DNA of 64,000 nt, from IMG/VR virus record IMGVR_UViG_3300026382_000008; one strand, given 5' to 3'. The position numbers and the translations under genes are program-made. Below the pieces are notes generated by a model that did not search any database, had not been told where the DNA came from, and saw nothing but the letters and a program-made list of their open reading frames with translations. Source of the stretch: an uncultured virus (IMG/VR IMGVR_UViG_3300026382_000008). Its lineage: Duplodnaviria > Heunggongvirae > Uroviricota > Caudoviricetes. How positions within the stretch are numbered: the stretch's first letter is position 1; every line of letters starts with the position of its first letter. Positions 1-9,368 of the stretch are shown here, piece by piece.

Positions 1-28
1 GACTCTAAGGGTTGGCCATCATCTCCAA

Positions 29-136
29 GAGACCTGATGTGATGGGTGTAAAATGGGTTAGGTGTGTTTCCTGGTCTGTCTGAGGATGTGTGTCCTTGTG
101 TTTGTGTCCGTGTAACTCATAACCCAAGAGCATTCC
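29..136 (+). promoter_or_regulatory. Structured leader made of segments complementary to the downstream rep-like CDS
   Basis: Perfect reverse-complement pairs: 35-51/522-538, 52-65/374-387, 63-76/316-329, 74-81/292-299, 82-93/275-286, 97-111/495-509, 121-136/417-432, 29-35/544-550. Function is inferred. Confidence 0.7.
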
Positions 137-187
137 TCTTTTACATTCTTTAAACTTTTTAACAAAACTTCTAAAAGGAGGTGTACT

Positions 188-2056
188 ATGAAAAGAATTC
201 TTGATATTGATGTGATAGCAGAAGCTGTAATGAATAGGGATGGACACCGCCCAAAAAGAGCGGTATCCAACAAAACACACATCCTCTTAAAAGACAGACT
301 ACACAAACCAATAACGACCAGGAAACACATTAACATAAAACAAGGTTGGCGAATAGCCAATCTTGAAGTTATGACACCTAACCCATTCTACAAAGAAACA
401 AACAATATACTAGTTTGGAATGCTCTTGGGTTTGACTTAGATAAAGAAGATGGCGAAAAAGCAGAATACGCCACCATACACATAAATCCAGAAAACGGAC
501 ACAAACACATTTACGTAGAACTTACACCCATCACATCATATAAAGGTCTCAAAACAATCATCTCTCAACACAAATCCAAAGTAGAAGCATCAATAGCTTC
601 TGCTTTATTCAACATAGAGAACAAAGAATTCATGCTCATTTCTGATATTATTGCAGAAGAAGCTCACAAAGAATTAGCAAAAAGGTTGCAGGCAGACCCT
701 GCAACCAGTACTCAAATAAACCACCCCTTCAGAACACTCAGATCTCCCGATAAGTCATATATTATTCAAACAAAAGCTTCGAAATCAGTATCTCTTTTTA
801 AACTTGCAAATGATCTTCATCTAAACAAAAAGAAACTTCTTGTCAAATACATAGAAACTTTAATCAATGAATACTCAAATTCAAAATTCTTTAAGCATAT
901 TACTATAAAAACATCCCTTAAAGAAGTACGTCAAAATGAATACGATATACCAGCTTTATGTGAATTTATTGTCAAACATTTCTGGAAAAAAGGTCATAGG
1001 CAAAATCTTTCAATGATCATAACAGGAATGCTTTATAGATGGTATAACAGAAGCTATATTAAAACACTTAACCATCTAAAATCACTTATTCCAAAAGATG
1101 ATGAAGAGTACAAGAAGAGATTTGATCCAATCAAACACATACGTTACAGGACAACTTATTATGGATTACCAACTGCTATACAATATATTCGAGCAAATTT
1201 TGACTCCAAATTTGATATCAAAGTTTTCAAAATTGATTCAAACAAAACAAAAATTGTTGAAATTCCAACAAAAGAACTCAAAAATAAGAAAAAATTGAGT
1301 CAATATGAATATGATCAGCTTACTCTATTATGCATAATGGGATTAACTCAAGATAAACGTTATACAAAGTATGATGCAAATAATGAAGAATTTGTTATCA
1401 CTCTAAACAGTTCGACAGAATTCGTAAGAAAAGTCAACAACTTTAAAAACTCAGATCACAAATCACAATACAACACTATCATAAGATCTCTTAACAGACT
1501 TGCAAAATCTGGTATTATTCATGTTGTTAAAGAAGCTTATTTTGACAAACAAACTTGGTCAAAGAAACAACGTATCATAATCAGACTGCCATTCAAATAC
1601 TTTAACATTATTAAGAGAAGCATAGTTTGGAATAAGAGTTTACAGCATTTTAGCATCTTTGCTCTTAATAAGATTCTTAAAGAAAAACAAGCTCATAAAA
1701 ACTTCAAAGAAAGAATCGTTAATGATGTCATCCTTAAATGCATTTGGATCTATATATTAGATTCTGACGATCCAATTCTTGATTCATTGTTTGTCAAATT
1801 TGATTCATTAATCAACTATACTTTGACAGAATCTTGGTACACAAAGATCAATAAATTATTTCTTTACAACGGAACATCAAATTGGTATATGTTTAACTTA
1901 ACAATGAAACAACTTACAAATTCAAGAATGCATAATAATGCTTATTCTGATTCATCTAAGTCAAAATTATTATTTAAGCTTTGGTTGATTCAATTACAGT
2001 TAGTTAATATTGTTTATGAAACATATTTTGAGATATGCAAAGAAAACATGCTTTAA
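188..2056 (+). CDS. ColE2-Rep-like primase (AEP replicase domain + PriCT-1-like + probable wHTH), copy 1
   Basis: FDLD, NPENGHKHIYV and LQADP motifs resemble ColE2-type Rep (DxD, NPxNGHAH, LxAD); WKKGHRQ resembles PriCT-1; SD AAGGAGGT before the ATG; paralog at 61365-63182. Confidence 0.6.
   Translation: MKRILDIDVIAEAVMNRDGHRPKRAVSNKTHILLKDRLHKPITTRKHINIKQGWRIANLEVMTPNPFYKETNNILVWNALGFDLDKEDGEKAEYATIHINPENGHKHIYVELTPITSYKGLKTIISQHKSKVEASIASALFNIENKEFMLISDIIAEEAHKELAKRLQADPATSTQINHPFRTLRSPDKSYIIQTKASKSVSLFKLANDLHLNKKKLLVKYIETLINEYSNSKFFKHITIKTSLKEVRQNEYDIPALCEFIVKHFWKKGHRQNLSMIITGMLYRWYNRSYIKTLNHLKSLIPKDDEEYKKRFDPIKHIRYRTTYYGLPTAIQYIRANFDSKFDIKVFKIDSNKTKIVEIPTKELKNKKKLSQYEYDQLTLLCIMGLTQDKRYTKYDANNEEFVITLNSSTEFVRKVNNFKNSDHKSQYNTIIRSLNRLAKSGIIHVVKEAYFDKQTWSKKQRIIIRLPFKYFNIIKRSIVWNKSLQHFSIFALNKILKEKQAHKNFKERIVNDVILKCIWIYILDSDDPILDSLFVKFDSLINYTLTESWYTKINKLFLYNGTSNWYMFNLTMKQLTNSRMHNNAYSDSSKSKLLFKLWLIQLQLVNIVYETYFEICKENML
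242..268 (+). other. Hairpin with CCAAAAAGA loop (copy 1)
   Basis: GGACACCGC-CCAAAAAGA-GCGGTATCC, 8 of 9 stem pairs; same loop at 63214-63240 on the - strand. Confidence 0.7.
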
Positions 2057-2158
2057 TGATTCTTAATTGTTTTTATATACATTTTTCAATGTATACCTAT
2101 ATTATATAGAAACAAAAATAACCTAACTCACAGAATATTTTTCACGAGGTTTATTGGT

Positions 2159-2704
2159 ATGACTTATAGTGAAACATTTGAGAAAGCAATGGAGTTTATC
2201 TTTCAATGGGAAGGTGGTTATGTAAACGATCCTGATGATCCAGGTGGTGAAACGAAATATGGTATCTCTAAAAGACAATATCCAGACTTAGATATAAAAC
2301 ATTTGACAAAGGAACAAGCTAAAGAGATATATTACAAAGATTATTGGTTGAAAGCTAAGTGTCATAAGATAGAAGGATTATGTGAACGATTGGCATTTGT
2401 GCATTTTAATTGTGCAATCAATACAGGTGTATACAATGCAAATCGTATTCTTCAAAAGTCAATAAATAGACAACTTGAAGATTCAAACTTAAAATTAATA
2501 GTTGATGGTGTTGTTGGTCCAAAAACATTACATGCTTTAGAAAAATGTAATACGGATTTCGTCTTTGAAACATATGTGTTAAATCTTGCACGCTATTATC
2601 ATACTTTAGTAATACATAAACCCAGATTAAGAAAGTTTATTGTTGGTTGGTTGAATAGAACCTTTGATGCTTATAAAGTAGCTCTAGAAGGGTTTAGATG
2701 TTAA
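2159..2704 (+). CDS. Endolysin, glycoside hydrolase family 108 with C-terminal peptidoglycan-binding domain
   Basis: EGGYVNDPDDPGGETKYGIS, VDGVVGPKT, GWLNR. Confidence 0.92.
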   Translation: MTYSETFEKAMEFIFQWEGGYVNDPDDPGGETKYGISKRQYPDLDIKHLTKEQAKEIYYKDYWLKAKCHKIEGLCERLAFVHFNCAINTGVYNANRILQKSINRQLEDSNLKLIVDGVVGPKTLHALEKCNTDFVFETYVLNLARYYHTLVIHKPRLRKFIVGWLNRTFDAYKVALEGFRC

Positions 2705-2763
2705 ACTGTGTTATTGAACTTGATATGTGATAAAAAATAAACATAGATGAGAGGTTAAGTAAA

Positions 2764-3066
2764 ATGAAGATTTTAAATGGAATTCTTGAAGCAATTATTC
2801 CTGCTAAGCTTAAGAAGTTTATCTCAAAACCAAGAAATAGACAGAAGCTTCTTGAAAAATGTGGTGCTAAAGCATTTCTTGTACCAGATCAACTAAAGTT
2901 TCCTGTTATGGATCAAAATTGTGAGTATAATTGTGCTTTAATTTTTTCAGCCTATCTTCGTGCAAGAGAATGGGGTTATGAAGACATAGCTGAGAAAGCA
3001 GCAGAATTGTTTGAGAAAAACAACTGTGCTGAAAAGATTGGTAGACATATCAGAGAAGAAACCTAA
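2764..3066 (+). CDS. Small Cys-containing hypothetical protein
   Basis: SD GAGGT; KCGAKAFLVP..LKFPV...C...AYLRARE pattern. Confidence 0.75.
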   Translation: MKILNGILEAIIPAKLKKFISKPRNRQKLLEKCGAKAFLVPDQLKFPVMDQNCEYNCALIFSAYLRAREWGYEDIAEKAAELFEKNNCAEKIGRHIREET

Positions 3067-3080
3067 GAGAGGGTTAATTC

Positions 3081-4331
3081 ATGTCTATATTAAAGACATT
3101 CAATGTTGATCAACAACATAGAGTTGCAGAACCATATCAACTAGTTGATGCATTTGCATACAGGGCTCTTATAAGACAATTGTTCGGAAATAAGACTCAT
3201 ATTTTTCTTGGATGGTTGACAAACAAATCTATTGAAAATACTGATTACAAGGTTAGAATCTATCCTTTTGCGTGTATAATACAGGATACACTTATTTACT
3301 TTGGTGATGCTACATTTTCCGAAACTCCTGTGTTAGAATATGATTTATCAGAAATAGCTTCTGGAAAAAGTGAGATTTATATAGGGGTTAAATACAACTT
3401 TGATTCGTCTTTCTCGAATCAACAGCCAGCAACAATTGCATTTAGTGATTCTCAAAGTGATTTAGATGTTTTGCTTGGTAAATTCATTGTAAGCGATAAA
3501 AGTGTAGAAGTTAACAACTATTCTTATCATCACTTATTTAGTATTTATAAACTAAATTACAACGATCTTTGGAATCCATCATCTTATAAATTAGCCCTAT
3601 GTATACCTGTTGATGCAGATGAACATACAGCTCTAACAATTCATAATGCAGGCAACCAAAAATGTCATTTATTCATAGATGGTGACGTTTTTGCAAACGA
3701 AGGAAAAAAGCAATTAGCTTATACTGATTTAAGTAATGTTTCTTCTTCTGCAGTTGTTAACAAAATTAAAGGAGCTGATGGATCAGGTTCAGGATTAGAT
3801 GCTGATAAGGTAGATGGTCTTGATGCTGATCGATTCTTAAGAAGAGATACATCTTCTGCACCAACAGAAGATGGTAAGTTTGATCTAGGATCATCAAATA
3901 AAAGATTTAAAACTGTTTATGCTGGTCGTTTTGACGGAACGGCATCATCAGCTGATTATGCTGACCTTGCAGAATACTTTATTGCAAATGAAGAATTAGA
4001 AGTGGGTGATGTAGTAAGTGTTTCTTCAAGTGATGATTATGAAATTGAAAAATCTGATGTTAACAGTAAAAATGTGCTTGGTGTGGTATCAGAGAAACCA
4101 GCTTATATCATGAATAATAAGATTAGCAATCATCCTTATGCATATCCAATAGCTTTAAAAGGTCGTGTTTTTGCTAAAGTAAAAGGTCCTGTTGAAAAAG
4201 GTGATGAATTGACAGTTGTTTCAAAAGGGATACTTGGTAAAAAGAAACAAGTTAATGATCGTGTTGTTGCTATAGCTTTACAATCTTTAAATTCTGATTC
4301 TGTAACTCTTTTGGAGGTTGTGGTAGTATGA
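3081..4331 (+). CDS. Tail fibre/appendage protein with C-terminal peptidase G2-like intramolecular chaperone domain
   Basis: GSGLDADKVDGLDADRFLRRD fibre motif; ADYADLAEYF...GDVV...LGVVSEKPAY...IALKGRV...KGDEL. Confidence 0.75.
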   Translation: MSILKTFNVDQQHRVAEPYQLVDAFAYRALIRQLFGNKTHIFLGWLTNKSIENTDYKVRIYPFACIIQDTLIYFGDATFSETPVLEYDLSEIASGKSEIYIGVKYNFDSSFSNQQPATIAFSDSQSDLDVLLGKFIVSDKSVEVNNYSYHHLFSIYKLNYNDLWNPSSYKLALCIPVDADEHTALTIHNAGNQKCHLFIDGDVFANEGKKQLAYTDLSNVSSSAVVNKIKGADGSGSGLDADKVDGLDADRFLRRDTSSAPTEDGKFDLGSSNKRFKTVYAGRFDGTASSADYADLAEYFIANEELEVGDVVSVSSSDDYEIEKSDVNSKNVLGVVSEKPAYIMNNKISNHPYAYPIALKGRVFAKVKGPVEKGDELTVVSKGILGKKKQVNDRVVAIALQSLNSDSVTLLEVVVV

Positions 4332-4858
4332 TAAATCCTGATAAACTCAAACAATTTATGACTGCTATTGATAACAATGATTGTGATACAGCAAAAACCA
4401 TATATGAGCAGATAAAGACAGAAACTATTTTAACATATATTGATATTCAATATTTTGAAGCACTAATTGCTCGTTGCCAGATTAATAAATTAACAGATTT
4501 AAATCAAATACGTCAGATACTTGATGATCTCAAAACCAAAAACAATGCATTTTTGTGTACTCATGTATTACCTTTGTTAATCAAATTGCTTGATGAAAGT
4601 GATGTTGAATATTGTAAGGATAAAAACCCTAAATCCTATGTTTTCATGAAAATCAGATATTTACTTAATGTATTACAACATAATCCAGATCAAACATCTT
4701 ATAATGAATTAAAGCAACTAATTACGAATTACAAAGACTTTATAGATGAATCTTCAAAGAATTTTATTCTTGATACTCTTCAGAATATAAATCTAGAATA
4801 CTTTAAGGAAGTTAAATCGTTGTTTGAAGGAGGCAATGTTGGGAACAATTCAAATTAA
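4328..4858 (+). CDS. Hypothetical helical protein
   Basis: ATGA overlap with upstream gene, SD GGAGG. Confidence 0.75.
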   Translation: MINPDKLKQFMTAIDNNDCDTAKTIYEQIKTETILTYIDIQYFEALIARCQINKLTDLNQIRQILDDLKTKNNAFLCTHVLPLLIKLLDESDVEYCKDKNPKSYVFMKIRYLLNVLQHNPDQTSYNELKQLITNYKDFIDESSKNFILDTLQNINLEYFKEVKSLFEGGNVGNNSN

Positions 4859-5945
4859 TGTAACAGAATCATGTAACTTAGCATGTAAATACTGTTATAT
4901 GCATAATAGAAATAATCAATTACCACAAGAAGTTATCAATCGTATTGATTATGTAGTAGAAAGAATTTCTCAGATTTTGAATGTTGATAAATTTCATGTT
5001 TCGTTTTTTGGTGGTGAACCTCTTTTAAAATTTGATTTAGTTTTAGAATTGTATGATAGATTGAAAGATCATAGGCTTGTAAACGGTTTTGTGATAATAA
5101 CAAATGGATTGTTGCTTGATGATGAAAAGGTTGACTTCATTAAAAGAAGTGGAGTAGGTGTATCATTCAGCTTTGACGGTCTCTGGACTCCGATCCAGAG
5201 ACCTCAAAAAAATTCAACAAATGATAATCTTCTTGAAATCTATGAATCTAAGAAAGATATAATTACTCAGGTGACACGTGGTTGTAAATGTATGGTTTAT
5301 CCTGAAACATGTGGGACGTTAGTTGAAAATTTTGAATACTTGGTTGAATCATGGGGATTTCGTTCTGTAGATTTTTCTATTGTAAGAGATGATATTTGGA
5401 CAAATGATAGTATAGAACACTTTAGAGAATCAGCTTTGAAGTATGCTGATAAACTTGCAGAGTATTTCAACAAAGGTGTGTATATTTCATCAGGTTTCAT
5501 ATGGCTTTGGATAATGGATAATTATATGCTCTTTAAATACAAAAGTAAGCGTAATTGGTCATGTTTTGCTGGTTTTACAGGTTGTGCAATCCATGTAGAT
5601 GGTAGATGTTATCCATGTAGCAGGTTTGCAACAAACAAACTATTTCCATTATATGATATTTACAAGGATCAAGTTTTTGAAGATAATGTAAACTTTTTCA
5701 AAGATCCTAAAGTGTCTGGAGTTCGTTTTCCAGAATGCCAATCTTGTAAACTTTCTAAGAAAGCTTGTTATGCAGGATGTAAATTTGAACAATTAAAACA
5801 AACTGATTTTAAGTATTCTAAACCTGTTAAATGTGTATGTAAATTATATGAAGTTTTTGATGAAGCATCAAAAAGATTTTTACGACAATTAAATTCGCAA
5901 ACGGAATACTTCAAATTCATTGAGTCTAGTTTAAAAAGGAGGTAG
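4824..5945 (+). CDS. Radical SAM/SPASM peptide maturase-like enzyme
   Basis: CNLACKYC, FFGGEP, SFDG; SPASM cysteines CFAG..GRCYPC..CQSC..CYAGC..C; true start probably 4836 or 4839 after GGAGG. Confidence 0.9.
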   Translation: MKEAMLGTIQINVTESCNLACKYCYMHNRNNQLPQEVINRIDYVVERISQILNVDKFHVSFFGGEPLLKFDLVLELYDRLKDHRLVNGFVIITNGLLLDDEKVDFIKRSGVGVSFSFDGLWTPIQRPQKNSTNDNLLEIYESKKDIITQVTRGCKCMVYPETCGTLVENFEYLVESWGFRSVDFSIVRDDIWTNDSIEHFRESALKYADKLAEYFNKGVYISSGFIWLWIMDNYMLFKYKSKRNWSCFAGFTGCAIHVDGRCYPCSRFATNKLFPLYDIYKDQVFEDNVNFFKDPKVSGVRFPECQSCKLSKKACYAGCKFEQLKQTDFKYSKPVKCVCKLYEVFDEASKRFLRQLNSQTEYFKFIESSLKRR

Positions 5946-5946
5946 T

Positions 5947-6186
5947 ATGAAAACGTCTATTTCTATTTCATGTAATCTTTTACTTAATGTTTCAAAAATT
6001 CTTGAGAAAGAAGAACCTCTTATTTCTAATCTTCTCATTGTTATCTCAGATTATCTTATAAACAAATATGATAATAATCAATCAAAGGATAATATCTGTA
6101 AAGAGAAACAGTGTCATGTACAAAGTTGTGATGTTTCAGATGAAGAGGTTCAAGAGTTTCTAGAATTTCTTGAGCAGGAGGAATAA
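5947..6186 (+). CDS. Small acidic accessory protein in the radical SAM operon
   Basis: SD AGGAGG, tightly coupled between two radical SAM genes. Confidence 0.7.
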   Translation: MKTSISISCNLLLNVSKILEKEEPLISNLLIVISDYLINKYDNNQSKDNICKEKQCHVQSCDVSDEEVQEFLEFLEQEE

Positions 6187-7011
6187 ATGACTCATATTCT
6201 TTTTATCACAAATCAGTGTAATCTTGCTTGTGAATACTGTTATGAACAACAAGAGCGTCATAAAACTAAACCATTTTTTGTTTCTGATGAAGAAATTGAT
6301 GTTCTAATACACTCAATTAATAAATCTTCTGATCAACATCATTGCGTAGTTTTATTTGGTGGTGAACCTTTGTTAAAACCTGATCTTGTGCAACATGTTA
6401 TATTATCAGTTTTGAATAATGTAAAGAAAGATAAAATGATAACATTTAATCTGATAACTAACGGAATATACTTTTCTGATAAAGAAAATCTTGAAAAATG
6501 GCATGATTTCATACAGAAACATAATGTTTATATAAGCTATGATATTTCATTTGATGGTTTTGATGATAAGCGACGTGTTGATAAGTCTGGTAAACCAGTT
6601 GTAGATAAAATTATCAAGTGTTTAAACAATTTTGAAGAGTTGAATATTCCTTATAGAATTAGCTATACTCTTCATAAAGCTAATCTTAACTCATTTATCA
6701 ATGATTTTATTCAGATCAGAGAACGCTTTAAAAATTGTCAAAGAATTATTTTAAGAGTCAATTTTAAAGAAGTTGTTAGTGAGTTACATATGAAATCGTT
6801 AGAAGAGTTTAAACAGTATCTTAAACAAGTTATGTCTGTCGTTTATATTTATCTTCGTATACCAATTTGTGAATGGGTATGCAACTTATGTGACGTTAAT
6901 TGTAAATCCACAACAGTTAAATATGTTGTAGCTAATGAAGAAGAAGATTCTGAGATGGTCTTTAACAAGTTTACAAAACGAGAACAAAAACTATCTAAGG
7001 AGGAAAGGTGA
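6187..7011 (+). CDS. Radical SAM enzyme with short Cys-rich C-terminus
   Basis: CNLACEYC, LFGGEP, ISFDG, C-terminal CEWVCNLCDVNC. Confidence 0.9.
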   Translation: MTHILFITNQCNLACEYCYEQQERHKTKPFFVSDEEIDVLIHSINKSSDQHHCVVLFGGEPLLKPDLVQHVILSVLNNVKKDKMITFNLITNGIYFSDKENLEKWHDFIQKHNVYISYDISFDGFDDKRRVDKSGKPVVDKIIKCLNNFEELNIPYRISYTLHKANLNSFINDFIQIRERFKNCQRIILRVNFKEVVSELHMKSLEEFKQYLKQVMSVVYIYLRIPICEWVCNLCDVNCKSTTVKYVVANEEEDSEMVFNKFTKREQKLSKEER

Positions 7012-8093
7012 AATCTCTTTTTATTGATCTGACTCTTACTCAACAATGTAATTTTCGATGTAAATATTGTTTTGAATCTGGTCATTTCAAATCTCGTAAA
7101 CTTTATGAAACTATTACTTTGGATGCTCTTTATAGCTTTATAAATGAACTTGTTAAGAAATTTAGAATTGATAGAGTGACGTTTGGTATGTGGGGTGGTG
7201 AGCCCCTCCTAGAAATAGACTATATGCTTGATATCATAAAGCAATTTGAAAATGAACCTTGGTTTTATAAAACATTTGTCTTTACAAACGGTTACTTAAT
7301 AGATTCTGTTCTTGATAAGTTATCGACTGTGAAAGATAAAATATGGATTCAAGTTAGTTATGACGGAAAAGTTATTCATGATAAATATCGAAAATCGATT
7401 GATCATCAACTAACCTCTGATAGAGTTTTGCATAATTATAAGTTGTTAGTAAAACACAATTTTGAATGCTCAATCAAGTCAGTTTTACCGGTTTCAGACA
7501 TACATAATCTGGTTGAAGTCTATAAGGAATTTGAATCTTTAAATGAAACTTATCTTACAAAATTCAACAAGTCTCTTATATACAATCCATCATTTGATTA
7601 CTACAGTCTCTATGATTGGTCAGAGATTGAGAATAAGCTTAAGCAAGCTTTAAAGAATCTAATTGGCTACTTAAAACATAAAGAAAGAATTTACATCTCC
7701 TGGTTTCAACCACGACCTAAACGAGCCATATGTTCTTTAGGATCCAGCATGATTGCTATCGATGTAAATGGTTTCATACATCCATGCCATGGTTTTATCT
7801 ATTACAAGGATCACAAATTCAAAACACATATATTTGATCACAATGTTTTTGATAAACTTGAGTTAATGTTCAACTTTTTTAGCCAAAAAAATAAGTATGA
7901 GCCTGCTGAATGTAAGTCATGTACAGTGAATTTTTGTATGAGATGCAATGCATCTTTTTATTCTCTTTCAAAGAAGACATCAGACTATGAACGTTTATGG
8001 GACAAAGATTCAACTATATGGTTATGTAAAACTTATAAACTTATTGATAAAGCTTATCGAGCATTAAAACACTATAAAAGTATAACTAGATGA
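7008..8093 (+). CDS. Radical SAM/SPASM peptide maturase-like enzyme
   Basis: CNFRCKYC, WGGEP, SYDG; CSLG..GFIHPC..CKSC..CMRC..C. Confidence 0.9.
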   Translation: MKSLFIDLTLTQQCNFRCKYCFESGHFKSRKLYETITLDALYSFINELVKKFRIDRVTFGMWGGEPLLEIDYMLDIIKQFENEPWFYKTFVFTNGYLIDSVLDKLSTVKDKIWIQVSYDGKVIHDKYRKSIDHQLTSDRVLHNYKLLVKHNFECSIKSVLPVSDIHNLVEVYKEFESLNETYLTKFNKSLIYNPSFDYYSLYDWSEIENKLKQALKNLIGYLKHKERIYISWFQPRPKRAICSLGSSMIAIDVNGFIHPCHGFIYYKDHKFKTHIFDHNVFDKLELMFNFFSQKNKYEPAECKSCTVNFCMRCNASFYSLSKKTSDYERLWDKDSTIWLCKTYKLIDKAYRALKHYKSITR

Positions 8094-8104
8094 GGTTTTG
8101 AATA

Positions 8105-8848
8105 ATGGGAGCTCCTTGTCCATCAAATGTAACACATTGGACTGATGAACCACTTAATTCTTCTATTGTTATAAAAGCTTATCATATAGAAGAATTAAGA
8201 AATGCTATTAACAGAGAAAGACAAAGAAGAGGATTAGCGAAACATTCATGGCAAACAAATATCACATCAGGAATTGTTATTCGTGATGAGCATGTAAAAG
8301 AAGTAGCTGACGTTGTTAAATCAACAGATACACATCATATACTAAAATGGTCCATTAACTATAACAATCTAGATGGTAAATTAATTGAAGATGACCATAT
8401 TGAAGAACTAAGACGCAACATCAATAAACTTGAACAAGAATGTTTATGTGACTGTGATTACTGTACATGTGATTGTAATTACTGTACATGTAACTGCAAC
8501 TATTGTACCTGCAATTGCGATTATTGTACCTGCAATTGTGATTATTCATGTACTTGTGATTGTAATTATAGTTGTACTTGTGATTGTAATTATAGTTGTA
8601 CTTGTAATTGTGATTATTGTACCTGTAATTGTGATTATTCATGTACTTGTGATTGTAATTATTCATGTACATGTGATTGCAATTATTGTACTTGCGACTG
8701 CAATTACTGTACTTGTGATTGTAATTATAGTTGTACATGCGACTGCCACTATGACTGTACATGTAACTGCAACTATTGTACATGCGACTGTGATTACTGT
8801 ACATGTGATTGTAATTATGCTTGTACTTGTAACTGTAATTATCGTTAA
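8105..8848 (+). CDS. Cys-repeat protein, candidate radical SAM substrate (112-aa N-domain + 18 CxC[DN]C[DNH]Y repeats)
   Basis: SD GAGGT; repeat codons vary synonymously (tgt/tgc, gat/gac, aat/aac) while the peptide pattern is held. Confidence 0.85.
   Translation: MGAPCPSNVTHWTDEPLNSSIVIKAYHIEELRNAINRERQRRGLAKHSWQTNITSGIVIRDEHVKEVADVVKSTDTHHILKWSINYNNLDGKLIEDDHIEELRRNINKLEQECLCDCDYCTCDCNYCTCNCNYCTCNCDYCTCNCDYSCTCDCNYSCTCDCNYSCTCNCDYCTCNCDYSCTCDCNYSCTCDCNYCTCDCNYCTCDCNYSCTCDCHYDCTCNCNYCTCDCDYCTCDCNYACTCNCNYR
8441..8845 (+). repeat. Coding tandem repeat, 18 units of 21 or 24 nt
   Basis: Consensus tgtac(t/a/c)tgt(g/a)attgt(a/g)atta(t/c) with an optional extra codon. Confidence 0.95.
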
Positions 8849-8858
8849 GGAGGCAATT

Positions 8859-9368
8859 ATGATTTTTCAAATTTTCAAAATAGATAACGATTTATATGCT
8901 CTTATTCCACTCAAAGATACTTCAAAGTATTTTCCTTTAGCATTCTCCATTTCTGTTGAAAAAAATCATCAACTTATTGATTATGCTATGCAATTGTACA
9001 ACAATAACAGAGTTTTATGTTTGACTCATGATCAATTACATCAGATCGAGACACTAAAACCTGATGAATGTCAATTTAAAGACTTATCAGAATTTCCACA
9101 ATTATCAGCTATAGATCAGGTATCAAAAGTTTTTAACGAATATGTACTAAAGTTTAACTTTACTATTCTTGATATTCTTTTCTATTTGAATGATAAACCT
9201 ATTGAATCTAAGAAAGTTGATTTGCTTTCTAATATAGTCGAGATCTATTTAGATACCCTTTATGAAATAGTTGTTTTACAGAATACTCGTGATCTAAACG
9301 AAAAGATTGATACCATGAAAAAGAGGTTGGAAGATGCTTATCAAAGCTTTTTATCAGAAAACAAATAA
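8859..9368 (+). CDS. Hypothetical protein
   Basis: Start reassigned to ATG 8859 (SD AAGGAGG); the upstream extension in the ORF track is an off-frame reading of the repeat. Confidence 0.75.
   Translation: MIFQIFKIDNDLYALIPLKDTSKYFPLAFSISVEKNHQLIDYAMQLYNNNRVLCLTHDQLHQIETLKPDECQFKDLSEFPQLSAIDQVSKVFNEYVLKFNFTILDILFYLNDKPIESKKVDLLSNIVEIYLDTLYEIVVLQNTRDLNEKIDTMKKRLEDAYQSFLSENK

Noticed and set aside
5..360. Minus-strand ORFs 5-280 and 58-360
   Set aside because: They overlap the structured leader and rep start, have no clear SD, and their HT-rich translation reflects low-complexity sequence.
490..520. HKH as an HUH endonuclease motif
   Set aside because: The middle residue is Lys and the paralog has AHVY; the context fits the AEP/ColE2 Rep His motif better.
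8441..8845. Possible CRISPR array
   Set aside because: Contiguous 21/24-nt coding units with no unique spacers and no cas genes.
8430..8858. V/I/T-rich N-terminal extension of ORF 8430-9368 and antisense ORF 8421-8870
   Set aside because: These are alternative-frame readings of the Cys repeat; a strong SD supports a start at 8859 and synonymous variation favours the Cys frame.
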